A DNA stretch of 64,000 bases from an uncultured Gemmatimonadaceae bacterium (GCA_963843845.1 CAWJMB010000002.1:160001-224000); one strand, 5' to 3'. Counted from the stretch's first letter, positions 1 to 12,176 are shown. The notes: generated by a model not told the origin, from the letters alone. Numbers and translations: made by a program.

Positions 1-48
1 ATCGCTCGGCCCGCACCGACGCCCTCATTTCTCCTGGAGACGCCGACC

Positions 49-510
49 ATGTCCACCTCGCAGGCCCCCGCGCCGACGATCAGGTCCCCCGGCACGGCGC
101 CGGCGACGCCGCGCAAGCTGTTCGTCAACATCACCGTGCGCGACGTGCAGCGCTCGATCGATTTCTTCGAGGCGCTCGGCTTCACGTTCAACGCGCAGTT
201 CACCGACGCCACCGCGACGGCGATGCTCGTCGGCGAGGATGCGTACGTCATGCTGCTGAACCCGCAGAAGTTCGCCGGCTTCAGCCGCCGCCCGCCTGTC
301 GACCCGCACCAGCAGACGGGGGCGATCTTCGCGGTGGGCGTCGAGAGCCGCGAGGCGGTCGACGCGATGGTGCACGCGGCCGTCGCCGCCGGCGGGTCGC
401 ACGCACTCGAGCCGCAGGACCACGGCTTCATGTACGGCTGGAGCTTCTACGACCTCGACGGACACCACTGGGAGGTGTTCTGGATGGACCCGAGCGTCGT
501 GATGGGCTGA
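49..510 (+). CDS. VOC/glyoxalase family protein
   Basis: KLFVNITVRDVQRSIDFFEALGF and DHGFMYGWSFYDLDGHHWE are typical VOC motifs; GGAG RBS upstream. Confidence 0.9.
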   Translation: MSTSQAPAPTIRSPGTAPATPRKLFVNITVRDVQRSIDFFEALGFTFNAQFTDATATAMLVGEDAYVMLLNPQKFAGFSRRPPVDPHQQTGAIFAVGVESREAVDAMVHAAVAAGGSHALEPQDHGFMYGWSFYDLDGHHWEVFWMDPSVVMG

Positions 511-560
511 GCCATCACCGCGTTCAGGCACCATGGCGACGCTTCACTCGGAGGACATCC

Positions 561-1067
561 ATGCCCCTCGCTGACCTGCTCGTGCGAGAGCTCGACGAAG
601 AGATGGCGACGACGCGCCGCGTGCTCGAGCGCGTTCCGGACGACGACCGCGGTCAGTGGAAGCCGCACCCGAAGTCGTTCCCGATGGGACACCTCGCGCA
701 GCTCGTGTCGCGCATGCCGAGCTGGCTCACGATGATGATGCAGGCGACGGAGTTCGACATCGCGCCGAAGGAGGGTGGCGGCCCGGGCTACACCTTCGAG
801 AAGACCGAGCGGCTGCTGGCGGAGTTCGACCGGAACGTCGCCGCCGGCCGCGCCGCGCTCGCCGCGGGGAGCGACGCCGACTACGACGTGCCGTGGACGC
901 TGAAGGCGGCGGGCCACGACGTCGGCCACGGCAGCCGGTACCAGATGATCCGCTCGACGGTGCTGAATCACTTGGTGCACCACCGTGCGCAGCTCGGCGT
1001 CTACCTGCGCCTCGTCGATGTGCCGGTCCCGCAGATGTACGGGCCGACGGCGGACGAACGTGGCTGA
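561..1067 (+). CDS. DinB family protein
   Basis: TRRVLERVP...WKPHPKS...NHLVHHRAQLGVYLR; GGAGG RBS. Confidence 0.88.
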   Translation: MPLADLLVRELDEEMATTRRVLERVPDDDRGQWKPHPKSFPMGHLAQLVSRMPSWLTMMMQATEFDIAPKEGGGPGYTFEKTERLLAEFDRNVAAGRAALAAGSDADYDVPWTLKAAGHDVGHGSRYQMIRSTVLNHLVHHRAQLGVYLRLVDVPVPQMYGPTADERG

Positions 1068-2055
1068 CGCGTCGCACGCGCCCGACGGACTGCTGCGGCG
1101 CGTCGCGACGGTCGGCCTCGCGCTCGTCGTCGGCGCGTGCGCGTCGGCCGGGGGGCGCGGGCCGGCGAGCCCGCTCCCGGCCGGCGTCGAGGGGATCTCG
1201 CTGCTGGGTGACACGCTGCGCGCGTTCCCGCTCACTCCCGACGTCCGCGCGCGCTACGAGCGGCAACTGGCCGAGGCGCGCGGGGCGTACGAGCGCGCGC
1301 CGCGGAACGCCGACTCGATCGTCTGGTACGGCCGCCGCCTCGCGTACCTCGGCCGGCTGCGCGAGTCGATCGACGTGTTCTCGCGCGGCGTCGCGATCCA
1401 CCCGACCGACCCGTGGCTCTACCGCCACCGCGGGCACCGCTACATCAGCGTGCGCGATCTCGACCGCGCGATCGTCGACCTCGAGCGCGCGACGCGGCTC
1501 GTCGAGGGGCGCCCGGACGTCGTGGAGCCGGATGGGCAGCCGAACGCGACGAACACGCCGATCGGCACCCTCCAGTCGAACATCGCCTACCACCTCGGGC
1601 TCGCGTACTACCTCAAAGGCGACTTCACCCACGCGGCCGAGGTGTTCGGGCGCGAGGTGCAGAACGCGCGCAACAACGACCGTCTCGTGTCCGCGCTCAA
1701 CTGGTACTACATGAGCCTTCGCCGACTCGGCCGCGACGTCGAGGCGGAGGAGGCGCTGGTGCCGATCCAGCGACAGACGCCGGTGATCGAGAACGGCGTC
1801 TATCACCGACTGCTGCTGCTCTACAAGGGAGCGCTGCCGCCGGACTCGCTGCTCGCGGTCGCGCCGAACGGGCAGATGTCGGTGACCGACGCGACGGCGG
1901 CGTACGGGGTGGCGAACTGGCACTTCATCAACGGGCGGCGCGCGGAGGCGGAGCGGCTGTTCCGGCAGATCCTCGCCGGCGGGCAGTGGGGGGCGTTCGG
2001 GTACATCGCGTCGGAGGCGGAAGTCGCGCGGATGACTGGGAGGGGCCCTCGGTGA
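1060..2055 (+). CDS. TPR-repeat protein, probable lipoprotein
   Basis: GTG start overlapping the upstream stop; hydrophobic leader ending VGAC; helical TPR-like repeats (LYRHRGHRY, YHLGLAYYLKGDF). Confidence 0.75.
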   Translation: MADASHAPDGLLRRVATVGLALVVGACASAGGRGPASPLPAGVEGISLLGDTLRAFPLTPDVRARYERQLAEARGAYERAPRNADSIVWYGRRLAYLGRLRESIDVFSRGVAIHPTDPWLYRHRGHRYISVRDLDRAIVDLERATRLVEGRPDVVEPDGQPNATNTPIGTLQSNIAYHLGLAYYLKGDFTHAAEVFGREVQNARNNDRLVSALNWYYMSLRRLGRDVEAEEALVPIQRQTPVIENGVYHRLLLLYKGALPPDSLLAVAPNGQMSVTDATAAYGVANWHFINGRRAEAERLFRQILAGGQWGAFGYIASEAEVARMTGRGPR

Positions 2056-2207
2056 CGCCGTCGAGGGCGGGGTCGGTCCAGCGGGGTCGGTGCGACGCTG
2101 ACCGTACGGCGTGGCAGCGCCGCCGGTGAAGCGCTGGCGGTACAGCGGCTCACCGCCCGCGCCGTATCGCCGGCGCTTCTGCGGTGCATCGACCCCGCCG
2201 TGACCCG

Positions 2208-2711
2208 ATGGTTTCGCAGACCGTAGCAACGTCGGAGCGCCTCACCCTTCGGCGCGTCACCGTCGCCGACGCCCCGTTCCTGCTCACGCTCCTGAACGAT
2301 CCCTCGTTCCACGCCTTCATCGGCGACCGCGGCGTCCGCACCCTCGACGACGCGCAGCGATACGCCGAGGAGCGCATGCTCGCGAGCTACGCCGCGCGCG
2401 GGTTCGGGATGTACCTCGTCGCCTCGCGCGCGAGCGGCGAGCCGTTCGGCCTCTGCGGTCTCGTGCGTCGCGACACGCTCCCCGAGCCGGACCTCGGCTT
2501 CGCGTTGCTGCCGGCGTACTGGGGGCAGGGATACGCACGCGAGGCGGCGGCGCTCGTGCTCGACCATGCGCGCGACGACATCGGACTGGAGCGCGTCGCG
2601 GCGATCGTGAAACCCGACAACGCGGCGTCGATCCGGCTGCTCGAGCGGCTCGGCTTCGTGCGCGACGGAGAGGAGCGAGAGGGGCTGCTCTATCTGAGCA
2701 AGAAGTTGTGA
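2208..2711 (+). CDS. GNAT (RimJ/RimL-type) N-acetyltransferase
   Basis: TSERLTLR, YWGQGYAREA acetyl-CoA motif, NAASIRLLERLGF. Confidence 0.9.
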   Translation: MVSQTVATSERLTLRRVTVADAPFLLTLLNDPSFHAFIGDRGVRTLDDAQRYAEERMLASYAARGFGMYLVASRASGEPFGLCGLVRRDTLPEPDLGFALLPAYWGQGYAREAAALVLDHARDDIGLERVAAIVKPDNAASIRLLERLGFVRDGEEREGLLYLSKKL

Positions 2712-2738
2712 GGCCGGACGGTCACCCCTCGCTCTTCG

Positions 2739-4024
<1,286 letters not shown>

Positions 4025-4028
<4 letters not shown>

Positions 4029-4765
4029 GGCAGCGTGCGGATGCGCACGTTGCGCAGGTCGAGCGTGCCGCCGTGGTCGCCCTGGATCGCGAGCAGCCCG
4101 CTCGCCGCGCGGCCGTAGTGCGGCCACTCCTTGAACTTGCTCGCCGCGACCTTCCCCTCCCAGTCCGGGCTCCACGCCGTGTACTCGACGATCTTGCGCC
4201 CGTTCAACCAGTGCTCGACGTGCGCGCCGTTCGCGACGATGCGCGACATGTTCCACTCGCCGGCCGGCAACGCCACGCCGGCCGGCGGCGCGTAGAGGCC
4301 GTACGCCGCGCCCGCCGAGGTGAGCGCGTTCCGGCCGTCGGGGTGGCCGGCGTTGTCGAGTAGCTGATACTCGGTCGCGCTCCAGTAGACCTTCTCGTAT
4401 TCCTCGCTCGCGCGGTAGAACACGCCGGCGTTGCCTCCCGGCTCGAGCTTCCACTCGAACTCGAACTCGAAGTTGCCGAACTGGTCGCGCGTGACGATGT
4501 CGTCGGAGCGCCCGGACTTCTGGAGCATGCCGTTCACCTCGCGCCACCCCGACGGGAGCGTGTCGGCCTTGTAGCCGCGCCAGGCGCTCAGCGTGTTCAG
4601 CGACCGCCAGTCGCCGGCCGCGGCGGAGGGGCGGATCGTGGTGTTCACCACCGTGCTCGTCGTGGAGGTGGTCGACGTCGGTGTCGCGGGGCGGCTCGTC
4701 GCGGCGCGCGGGCTCGACGCGCAGGCGGTGAGGGCGAGGGCAGAGACGATCGTCAGGCGGCGCAT
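4025..4765 (-). CDS. DUF1080 (3-keto-disaccharide hydrolase-like) lipoprotein
   Basis: Lipobox [44 protein letters not shown]. Confidence 0.88.
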
Positions 4766-4826
4766 GGCGGTGTATGACGGCGGTGAACGGCGTCGGCGCG
4801 GACGGCGGTGACGTGTGGCGGGTTCC

Positions 4827-6422
4827 TCAGACGACCCACCCGTTTCGGTACGGCCGCGACAGATACTGATTCGCGTCCGGCGCGTTCGTGAAGCGCATCT
4901 CCGCTCCGTCGTACAGCAGCTTCTTGCCCTGGCCGGCGCGCAGCGCGGCGACGCCCAACAGCATCGTCTCGGTGAGCATCGCGGCGTACTCGAACGGCGA
5001 GCTCGCGCTCCCCTCGCCCTTGCACGCCTTCGCCCAGTTCATCTCGTGCGACTCGGCGATCCGCGGCACCGACAGCTTCACCTTCTCCGCCGCCTGCTGC
5101 GCCATCGAGTCGGGATAGATCTTCGGATTGTTGCCGTACGTCTCGTAGGTGAGGATCCCCTTCGTCCCGATGAAGACACCGCCGCCGCCGTCTCCCCCCA
5201 CGAGGCGCACGTCGTCGGGGAGGAAGGGCGGGCGCGGCGGCAGCAGCCCGCTGTCGTACCAGAACAGCTTCAGCGCCGGCATGGAGCGCCCCCGCGCCGC
5301 GAACTCGTACTCCGCCGTCATCGCGAGCGGGTACGACGCCGGCCGCTCCGCCGAGCCGCCCCACATGGTGCTCGACGCGGTGACGCTCGTCGGGTACGAC
5401 AGATCGAGCGCCCAGAACGGCTGGTCGATGAGATGCGCGCCCATGTCGCCGATCGCGCTCACGCCGAAGTCGACCCACCCGCGCCAGCTGAACGGGTGAT
5501 ATGCCGGGTGGTACGGCGTCTCCGGCGCGGGGCCCAGCCACAGATCCCAGTGAAGGCCCAACGGCGGCGTCTGCGGGTTCGCGGCCATGGCGGCGATGAC
5601 CGCATTGTCGACCGTGCGCACGTTCCAGCGCGGCGGCGCGGCGGGGCCGGGATAGGGGGGCGGCGCGGGCGGCGCGTTCGCCGGCGGCGGGGCGGGGGGC
5701 GGGTAGGTCGTGCCGGGGCGCGGAATGCCCTGCGCCCAGTAGCGCACGGGGCGGTCCGTCCACACGTGCACCTCGCTGATCGGCCCGAGGATGCCCGACT
5801 GGATGATCTCACGGATGCGGCGCGTGCCGTCCTGCGAGTGTCCCTGGTTCCCCATCTGCGTGGCGACTTTCTGCTCGTTCGCGAGCTTCGCCAGCACGCG
5901 CGCCTCGTGAACCGAGTACGTGAGCGGCTTCTGCACGTAGACGTGCTTGCCGAGCTGCATCGCGCTCTTCGCGATGATCGCGTGCGCGTGGTCGGGCGTC
6001 GCGACGACGACGGCGTCGATGTTCTTCTGCCGGTCGAGCATCTCGCGGAAGTCGGCGAACTTCGTCGCCCTGTCGTACGATGCCTGGAGCTTCGCGTTCT
6101 CCGGCGAGACGGTGCCGCCGCGCGGGTGCGTGCGCCCCCACAGCCCGCGCTCGACGAACGGGAAGTCGACGTCGCACACGGCGACGACGTTCTCTCCCCC
6201 CGTCACGAGCTGCTGCATGTTGCTCATTCCCATCCCGCCGATGCCGACGCACGCCACGTTCAGCGTGTCGCTCGGCGCCTGGTAGCCCGGGCCGCCCAAC
6301 ACGTGGCGGGGAACGATCATCGGGGCCACGGCACCGACGGCGATCGCGGCGCTGGTGCCGACGAAGTCGCGGCGGGTGACGGCCGGCGGAGGAGGCAGGG
6401 CAGGGTCGGACGACTCGGACAT
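4827..6422 (-). CDS. Tat-exported Gfo/Idh/MocA family oxidoreductase
   Basis: TRRDFV twin-arginine motif; GIGGMG Rossmann motif; [27 protein letters not shown]. Confidence 0.92.
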   Translation of the reverse strand: MSESSDPALPPPPAVTRRDFVGTSAAIAVGAVAPMIVPRHVLGGPGYQAPSDTLNVACVGIGGMGMSNMQQLVTGGENVVAVCDVDFPFVERGLWGRTHPRGGTVSPENAKLQASYDRATKFADFREMLDRQKNIDAVVVATPDHAHAIIAKSAMQLGKHVYVQKPLTYSVHEARVLAKLANEQKVATQMGNQGHSQDGTRRIREIIQSGILGPISEVHVWTDRPVRYWAQGIPRPGTTYPPPAPPPANAPPAPPPYPGPAAPPRWNVRTVDNAVIAAMAANPQTPPLGLHWDLWLGPAPETPYHPAYHPFSWRGWVDFGVSAIGDMGAHLIDQPFWALDLSYPTSVTASSTMWGGSAERPASYPLAMTAEYEFAARGRSMPALKLFWYDSGLLPPRPPFLPDDVRLVGGDGGGGVFIGTKGILTYETYGNNPKIYPDSMAQQAAEKVKLSVPRIAESHEMNWAKACKGEGSASSPFEYAAMLTETMLLGVAALRAGQGKKLLYDGAEMRFTNAPDANQYLSRPYRNGWVV

Positions 6423-6628
6423 CGGCGAGACTCTGGACGGAGAGTGGAGCCGGCATCATGCACCCCGGACCGACGGCGGACCAGTGGGGCGGTCGGGTCC
6501 GGCGGTGGGAGAGGACGGTACGTGGGGAACCGCACGGCCGGAAGAGCCCTTGCCGCGCGACGCGGTCGTCGTGATCGTGATCCCGCCGCTCTCACGCCAC
6601 ACCACTCACCCGCGTCGACGGTTCGACC

Positions 6629-6981
6629 ATGCAGCTCGCGCCGCAGAGCGAGTTCGCGCGCCGCGCACAGCACGTCGTCATCGCGCGCTGTGGCGTGCTC
6701 CTGCTGTTCTACGGCGCCATGCTGCGATCGCCTGGTCGACCTGGCGCTCCGGCGTGCCCGACGCCTACCCGAACGAGCACTGGCACGGGTCGCTCGGCAG
6801 TATTCGGGGCGCCGCACTCGTGCTCGCCAGTCCCAATTCCGTCGTTCATGGCGTCGGCGTCGCGTGCGCGGCGCGCGACGCTGTGGACGCTGTGCGCCGC
6901 CCTCATGACCGTCGTCGTGGCGAGCTTCGTCGCGCAGTCAGCGTTCACTCCGTCAGTCGCGCGTCCGCGACACCCGTGTGA
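6629..6981 (+). pseudogene. Possible small membrane protein broken by frameshifts
   Basis: Hydrophobic segments alternate between two + frames (VLLLFYGAM / IAWSTWRSG...AALVLA / LWTLCAALMTVVVASFV). Confidence 0.3.
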
Positions 6982-6984
6982 TCC

Positions 6985-7224
6985 ATGGTCCCGATTCTCA
7001 TTCTCGTGATGGTCGTCTGTCTCGCCGCCAGCACGTTCGTCGCCGCTCGCGGCCCGGCGAATCCCGTGGCGCGGCAGCGCCTGCGGCTGGCGCTGTCGGT
7101 GGTCGGTTTCGTGGCCGCGGCCGGTGCGGCGTGGGCCGCGGTCGCGAACGTGCAGCGGGTGCGCGCGGACCACGACGTCGATCGACGCGCCGACTCGGCG
7201 GCCGCGCCCGGTCGGACGCGGTGA
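6985..7224 (+). CDS. Small membrane protein (2 TM)
   Basis: Two hydrophobic stretches in 79 aa; ATG start. Confidence 0.5.
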   Translation: MVPILILVMVVCLAASTFVAARGPANPVARQRLRLALSVVGFVAAAGAAWAAVANVQRVRADHDVDRRADSAAAPGRTR

Positions 7225-7288
7225 GCAGGGTGCGAACGTTCCCGACGATCTCGCGTCGGCGCCGGCGGCCGCAGCCAGTGAGCGGGTC

Positions 7289-8008
7289 GTGAACGAACGC
7301 CGCTTCACTGAAACCGAGGTCGCCGAGATCTTCGAGCGGGCCACGCAGGCGCCGGAGCCGGAGGCGCCCGAGCGCGCGTCGCTCCCCGCCGCCGGCGCGC
7401 TGACGCTCGCGCAGGTGCAGGCGATCGGCCGCGAGGTCGGGATCGCGCCCGAGCGCATCTCGGCCGCGGCGGCCCGGCTCGGCGACCGGGCGCCGACGAT
7501 CTCGCGCGGCGTCCTCGGCCTGCCGCTCCGCGTCGAACGGACGATCGCGCTCGACCGGCGGCTGTCCGACGAGGAGTGGGAGCGCGTCGTCACCGACCTG
7601 CGCGAGGTGTTCGACGCGCGAGGGCGGCTGGCGAGCGACGGATCGCTGCGGCAGTGGACGAACGGCAACCTGCAGGCGCTGCTCGAGCCGACGGCGACGG
7701 GGCAGCGCATCCGGCTCCGCACCTTCAAGGGGAACGCGCTCGGCTCCCTGGCGTTCGGGCTCGGACTGCTGACCACGGCGGGGGTGGGGCTGATCGGGGC
7801 CGCGTCACTCGCGACCGCCGACGTCGCGCTGCTCGCCACGCTGTCGACCGTGGGCGCCGGTGGCCTCTGGATGTCGCTCGGCACGGTGCTCCGGCTGCCG
7901 CGGTGGGCGCACCGGCGCCGCGAGCAGATGAACGAGGTCGCCGCGCGAGTCGCGCAGCTCCCGCGGCAACTCTCGCCGCAACTCCCGGAGCCGATCGACG
8001 GCGGCTGA
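7289..8008 (+). CDS. Hypothetical membrane protein
   Basis: ERRFTETEVAEIFERA...LTLAQVQAIGREVGI N-terminus and two C-terminal TM segments; start uncertain. Confidence 0.7.
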   Translation: MNERRFTETEVAEIFERATQAPEPEAPERASLPAAGALTLAQVQAIGREVGIAPERISAAAARLGDRAPTISRGVLGLPLRVERTIALDRRLSDEEWERVVTDLREVFDARGRLASDGSLRQWTNGNLQALLEPTATGQRIRLRTFKGNALGSLAFGLGLLTTAGVGLIGAASLATADVALLATLSTVGAGGLWMSLGTVLRLPRWAHRRREQMNEVAARVAQLPRQLSPQLPEPIDGG

Positions 8009-8072
8009 CCGTCGGGGCGAGTAGGTTGCGCAGGACGGGGCGCGCGTTCGCGCCACCGTCTACCGCCATTGC

Positions 8073-8288
8073 ATGGAGAGCCGCGTGCCGAGAAAGCCCA
8101 ACTACGATTTCGAGAAGCGTCGCAAGGAGCAGGAACGGCAGGCGAAGAAGGATGCGAAGCGCGCCGAGCGCCAGCAGCGGCGCGACGACCGGCGTGGGGA
8201 GAACGGAGAGATCATCGAGGACGGCGCGGACGGAGCGGACGGAGCGACCGACGCCGGACCGCCCGATCCCGCCGCGCCGGCCGCCTGA
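8073..8288 (+). CDS. Small charged hypothetical protein
   Basis: PRKPNYDFEKRRKEQERQAKK; natural codon usage; alternative GTG start at 8085 after GGAG. Confidence 0.65.
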   Translation: MESRVPRKPNYDFEKRRKEQERQAKKDAKRAERQQRRDDRRGENGEIIEDGADGADGATDAGPPDPAAPAA

Positions 8289-8298
8289 CGCATCGGCG

Positions 8299-8892
8299 AT
8301 GATCGCGCTCGCTCCCGTCACGCTCGAGGGACACGGCGTTCGCCTGGAGCCGCTCGACGCCGCACACGTCGACGCGCTCGCCGCCGCGGCGGCGGACGGC
8401 CGGCTGTGGGAGCTGTGGTTCACGAGCGTGCCGGAGCCCGAGCGTACGGCGGCGTACATCGAGGCGGCGCTCGCCGGACAGGCGGAGGGGCACATGCTGC
8501 CCTGGGTCGTCCGCGACCTCGCGACGAACACCGTCGTCGGCACGACGCGCTTCCACGACGTCGTGCCGTCGGCCGACCGCGTCGAGATCGGCTACACCTG
8601 GTACTCGGCGAGCCGTCACCGCAGCCACGTGAACACGGCGTGCAAGCTGCTGCTCCTCGCGCACGCGTTCGACGGCGTGGGGTGCGCGGTCGTCGGCCTG
8701 CGAACCGACAACTTCAACGTCCGCTCGCAGCGTGCGATCGAGGCGTTGGGCGCGAAGAAGGACGGTGTGATCCGCCACCACCAGGTGCGGCGCGACGGCA
8801 CGGTGCGGGACAGCGTGATGTACAGCATCCTCGCCGCCGAGTGGCGCGACGTGCGGCGGCACCTGGAGCTGCGGATGGCGCGGCACGCGTGA
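8299..8892 (+). CDS. GNAT (RimJ/RimL-type) N-acetyltransferase
   Basis: PVTLEGHGVRLEPL, VEIGYTW, NVRSQRAIEALGAKKDGVIR, RDSVMYSIL. Confidence 0.9.
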   Translation: MIALAPVTLEGHGVRLEPLDAAHVDALAAAAADGRLWELWFTSVPEPERTAAYIEAALAGQAEGHMLPWVVRDLATNTVVGTTRFHDVVPSADRVEIGYTWYSASRHRSHVNTACKLLLLAHAFDGVGCAVVGLRTDNFNVRSQRAIEALGAKKDGVIRHHQVRRDGTVRDSVMYSILAAEWRDVRRHLELRMARHA

Positions 8893-8895
8893 CGA

Positions 8896-8946
8896 CCGGG
8901 GATCGGGGATCGGCTCGCTAGGCGACCCACCCCGATTCCCGACCCG
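8896..8946. terminator. Imperfect hairpin between convergent genes
   Basis: CGGGGATCGGGGATCGG ... CCCCGATTCCCGACCCG arms between the stops at 8892 and 8954. Confidence 0.4.
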
Positions 8947-8953
8947 AGGCGCT

Positions 8954-9727
8954 TCAGAGCTCTCGCACGCGCTTCGCGATCGGCCGCCCGTTGGCCTGCA
9001 TCTCGACGTCGAACTCGAGCACGGCCTGGCGGCGGAACAGTGAGCCGAACAGACTGTTCGCGATCGTCACGCCGGCCTCGTTCTTCACGTCCGAGATGTG
9101 GACGTAGATGTCGTCGCGGAACTCGCCGGGCTTGTAGCCGGTGTACATCGTGATGAAGCCGTACCCCTTCCCTTCGTCGGCGTGGTGCATGAAACCCGTC
9201 TTGACGTCCGGGTCTTCCTTCGGCGCCGGGACCATGTTGGGCATCAGGTAGCCCGACCAGAAGAAGTCGCAGTCGCGCCGCAGGTCGCCCGACACGTTGG
9301 AGAAGCCGAGGACGTCGACCCGCTTGCCCTGGCTCTGGAGCGCCTTGACGAGCTTCAGGTAGTCGCCGTCGCCGGAGACGAGGAGGATGTAGTCGAGGTA
9401 CTGGCCCTGCGTCAGCGCGTCGACGGCGATGTCGACGTCGACGTTGCTCTTCGTCGTGACGCCTCCCTCGCGGTTCTCGTACTTGCGCGTCGGCTTCAGC
9501 ACGACGTTGTACCCCTCGCGCCGGATCGCCGCGCGCGCGATGTCGCGGCGGAGCTTGCGCTCTCGATCCTGCGCCTCGAACTCCTCGTCGTAGGCGGCGT
9601 AGGTGTTCGCGCGGACGACCTGGGCGTTCTGGGCCTCGACGAGCAGGCGGAGGTTGCGATAGTTCAACCCGTTGCCGCCGTTACGCATGATGTTGTCGAC
9701 GTCGACGAAGATGCCAGCCTTGAGCAT
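8954..9727 (-). CDS. NYN (LabA/DUF88) PIN-like domain protein with C-terminal cold-shock domain
   Basis: IFVDVDN, KSNVDVDIAVD, LVSGDGDY acidic NYN motifs; KGYGFI and DDIYVHISDV match CSD RNP motifs. Confidence 0.88.
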   Translation of the reverse strand: MLKAGIFVDVDNIMRNGGNGLNYRNLRLLVEAQNAQVVRANTYAAYDEEFEAQDRERKLRRDIARAAIRREGYNVVLKPTRKYENREGGVTTKSNVDVDIAVDALTQGQYLDYILLVSGDGDYLKLVKALQSQGKRVDVLGFSNVSGDLRRDCDFFWSGYLMPNMVPAPKEDPDVKTGFMHHADEGKGYGFITMYTGYKPGEFRDDIYVHISDVKNEAGVTIANSLFGSLFRRQAVLEFDVEMQANGRPIAKRVREL

Positions 9728-9790
9728 GGTGCGAATTCGGATGACTGAAAGGGACGGTCCGGACTAAGGGGGACAGTCGGGACTGTCGGA

Positions 9791-10468
9791 CTAGCCGCCG
9801 ATCGGGATGCGGGTGTTCATGGCCGCGTGCGACACGCCGAGTTTCTGCATCGCTTCCGGCGGGCAGCCGTTCCAGTTCGGGTTGAAGGTGTTGCCGATGT
9901 ACTCGAGGTCCTTCCACCCGGCCGAGCTCGAGAAGAAGCCGGCGGCGACGAGGTCGCGGAAGCGAAGGAAGAAGGCCCCGCCGGCGCGGAACTCCGGCCG
10001 CGTGCGGTCGGGCCACGATACGTCGTCGAGGATGGCGTGGCGTTGCGCCGCTTTCGCGGTCGCGTAGCTCACGCCGAAGCGGCGGCGCGATTCGGTGTCG
10101 ATCCAGCGCAGCCCGCCGCGCATCGCCGTCCGCGTCGCGTCGTCGGTCTCGGGGACCGACATGTGGTAGTCGATGTACCCGATGACGCCGGCCTCGGTCG
10201 CGCTGCCGGAGCGCGCGTCGCGCGGGATGATGTCGTCGGCAAGGACACTCGCGGTGCGCGCCTCTCTCGCGGTGAAGAACTTCCGCGTCGCGGTGTTCGC
10301 CGGCGGCTGCGCGGCGGCGGCGGTGGCGGGCTGGTTCGGCGTGGCGTGCGGCGTCTTCGGCGCCTGCTGCGCGCCGGGCGGCTGTGCGGGCTGCTGCGCC
10401 TCGAGCACCGCGGCGACCGGCGCGAGGCCCAGCACTTTCAGCGCGCGGCGGCGAGAGATGTCGGTCAT
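9791..10468 (-). CDS. Gluconate 2-dehydrogenase subunit 3 family protein (Tat)
   Basis: ISRRRAL Tat motif; LADDIIPRD..SGSATEAGV, FRDLVAAGFFSS, LEYIGN; adjacent to a GMC oxidoreductase. Confidence 0.88.
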   Translation of the reverse strand: MTDISRRRALKVLGLAPVAAVLEAQQPAQPPGAQQAPKTPHATPNQPATAAAAQPPANTATRKFFTAREARTASVLADDIIPRDARSGSATEAGVIGYIDYHMSVPETDDATRTAMRGGLRWIDTESRRRFGVSYATAKAAQRHAILDDVSWPDRTRPEFRAGGAFFLRFRDLVAAGFFSSSAGWKDLEYIGNTFNPNWNGCPPEAMQKLGVSHAAMNTRIPIGG

Positions 10469-10478
10469 GGATGCGTCC

Positions 10479-12152
10479 TCAGATCGCGCCGGCCTTGCGC
10501 TGCGCCGTGATGTAGTCGGCGGTGCGCCAGGCGAGGGCGAGGATCGTCCACGTCGGGTTCTTGTCGGCCTGCGAGACGAATGGGGCGCCGTCGGCGACGA
10601 ACAGGTTCTTCACGTCGTGCGCCTGACAGTTGCCGTTCAGCACCGAACTGTTCCTGTCGCTCCCCATCCGCAGCCCGCCCAGCTCGTGGATGATGCGGCC
10701 GCCGGGAGCGAGGCCATAGTCCTGCTCCTTCGTCGGCATCTGCGAGAACACGGTGCCGCCCATCTGCTGGACGAGCGCGCGGAAGGTCTCCTGCATGTGC
10801 TTCGACTGGTTCCGTTCGTAGTCGGACCACTTCCAGTGAAAGCGCAGCACCGGGATTCCCCACTGGTCGACGACGGTCGGGTCGATCTCACAGTAACTGT
10901 CGGCGTTCGGGATCATCTCGCCGCGCCCGGAGAAGCCGATCGTCGCGCCGTAGTACTTGCGATAGTCCTCCTTGAGCTTCGCGCCGTAGCCGCCGGCGCC
11001 CGGGTAGCGGTGGATCCCCCCCATGAACCCGTACGACGGCTGGCCGAGCCCGCCCCACACTTCGATGTGGTAGCCGCGGGGGAAGTCGAGCTTCCTGTTG
11101 TCGAGCCACCACGGCATGTAGACGTGCATGCCGCCGACGCCGTCCTCGTTGTGCGGCACGTGGTCGACCATCGCGGGGATGAACCCGCTCACGTCGGTGC
11201 CGGTCGTGTCGGTGATGTACTTGCCGGCGGTGCCGCTCGAGTTCGCGAGCCCCTGCGGGAACAGACTCGACTTCGAGTTCAGCAGCAGTCGCGACGACTC
11301 GAGCGCACTCGCCGCCAGCACGACCACGCGCCCCTCGGCCAGTCGGTCCTCGCCGGTCCGCTTGTCGACGTAGGCGACGCCGGTCGCGAGGCCGTCCTTG
11401 CCGATCGTGACCTCGCGCGCCATCGCGTTCGTCAACAGCGTCAGCCGCCCGGTCGCGAGCGCCGGCGCGATGAGCACGTCGGGGCTCGAGAAGTTCGCCT
11501 TGACGCTACAGCCGCGGTTGCACTGTCCGCAGTAGTGGCACGCCTGCCGCCCGTTGATCGGCCGCGTGATGATCGACAGTCGCGACGGGATGCAGGTGAT
11601 GTTCAGCTTGTCGCTCGCCTGCTTGACGAGCAGCTCGTAGCAGCGCGGCTTCGGCGCGGCGTGGAAGCGGCCGTCGGGATGGTTGGGCAGGTTCTCGTGG
11701 CTGCCGAATACGCCGATCAGGTCGTCGATGCGGTCGTAGTAGGGCGCGACGTCGTCGTAGGCGATCGGCCAGTCGTCGCCGAGCCCGTCGTGGGACTTCC
11801 CCTTGAAGTCGCGCGGGCCGAAGCGGAGGGAGATGCGCCCCCAGTGGTTCGTGCGGCCGCCGAGCATGCGGCCGCGCCACCAGTCGAAGCGGGTGCCGGG
11901 GGCGCGGGTGTACGGCTCGCCGTCGATCTCCCAGCCGCCGTCGCAGGCGTCGAACTCGCCGAACGGTCTCGTGCGCGTCGCGCGTCCTCGGCGCGGGGTG
12001 CCGTACGAGGGGGTGAGCATCCGTGCGTTCTTCGACGCATACCATTCAGGACCCGCCTCGAGCATCAGCACGCGCGCGCCGGCCCTCGTCAGCGCGTAGG
12101 CGGCCATCCCGCCGCCGGCGCCGGAGCCCACTATGACAACGTCGTAGGGCAT
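10479..12152 (-). CDS. GMC family FAD oxidoreductase
   Basis: DVVIVGSGAGG FAD motif, GRMLGGRTNHWG, CHYCGQC, HELGGLRMG, NPTWTILALA. Confidence 0.93.
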   Translation of the reverse strand: MPYDVVIVGSGAGGGMAAYALTRAGARVLMLEAGPEWYASKNARMLTPSYGTPRRGRATRTRPFGEFDACDGGWEIDGEPYTRAPGTRFDWWRGRMLGGRTNHWGRISLRFGPRDFKGKSHDGLGDDWPIAYDDVAPYYDRIDDLIGVFGSHENLPNHPDGRFHAAPKPRCYELLVKQASDKLNITCIPSRLSIITRPINGRQACHYCGQCNRGCSVKANFSSPDVLIAPALATGRLTLLTNAMAREVTIGKDGLATGVAYVDKRTGEDRLAEGRVVVLAASALESSRLLLNSKSSLFPQGLANSSGTAGKYITDTTGTDVSGFIPAMVDHVPHNEDGVGGMHVYMPWWLDNRKLDFPRGYHIEVWGGLGQPSYGFMGGIHRYPGAGGYGAKLKEDYRKYYGATIGFSGRGEMIPNADSYCEIDPTVVDQWGIPVLRFHWKWSDYERNQSKHMQETFRALVQQMGGTVFSQMPTKEQDYGLAPGGRIIHELGGLRMGSDRNSSVLNGNCQAHDVKNLFVADGAPFVSQADKNPTWTILALAWRTADYITAQRKAGAI

Positions 12153-12176
12153 CGTTCTATCCTCGGACTGGGCCGA

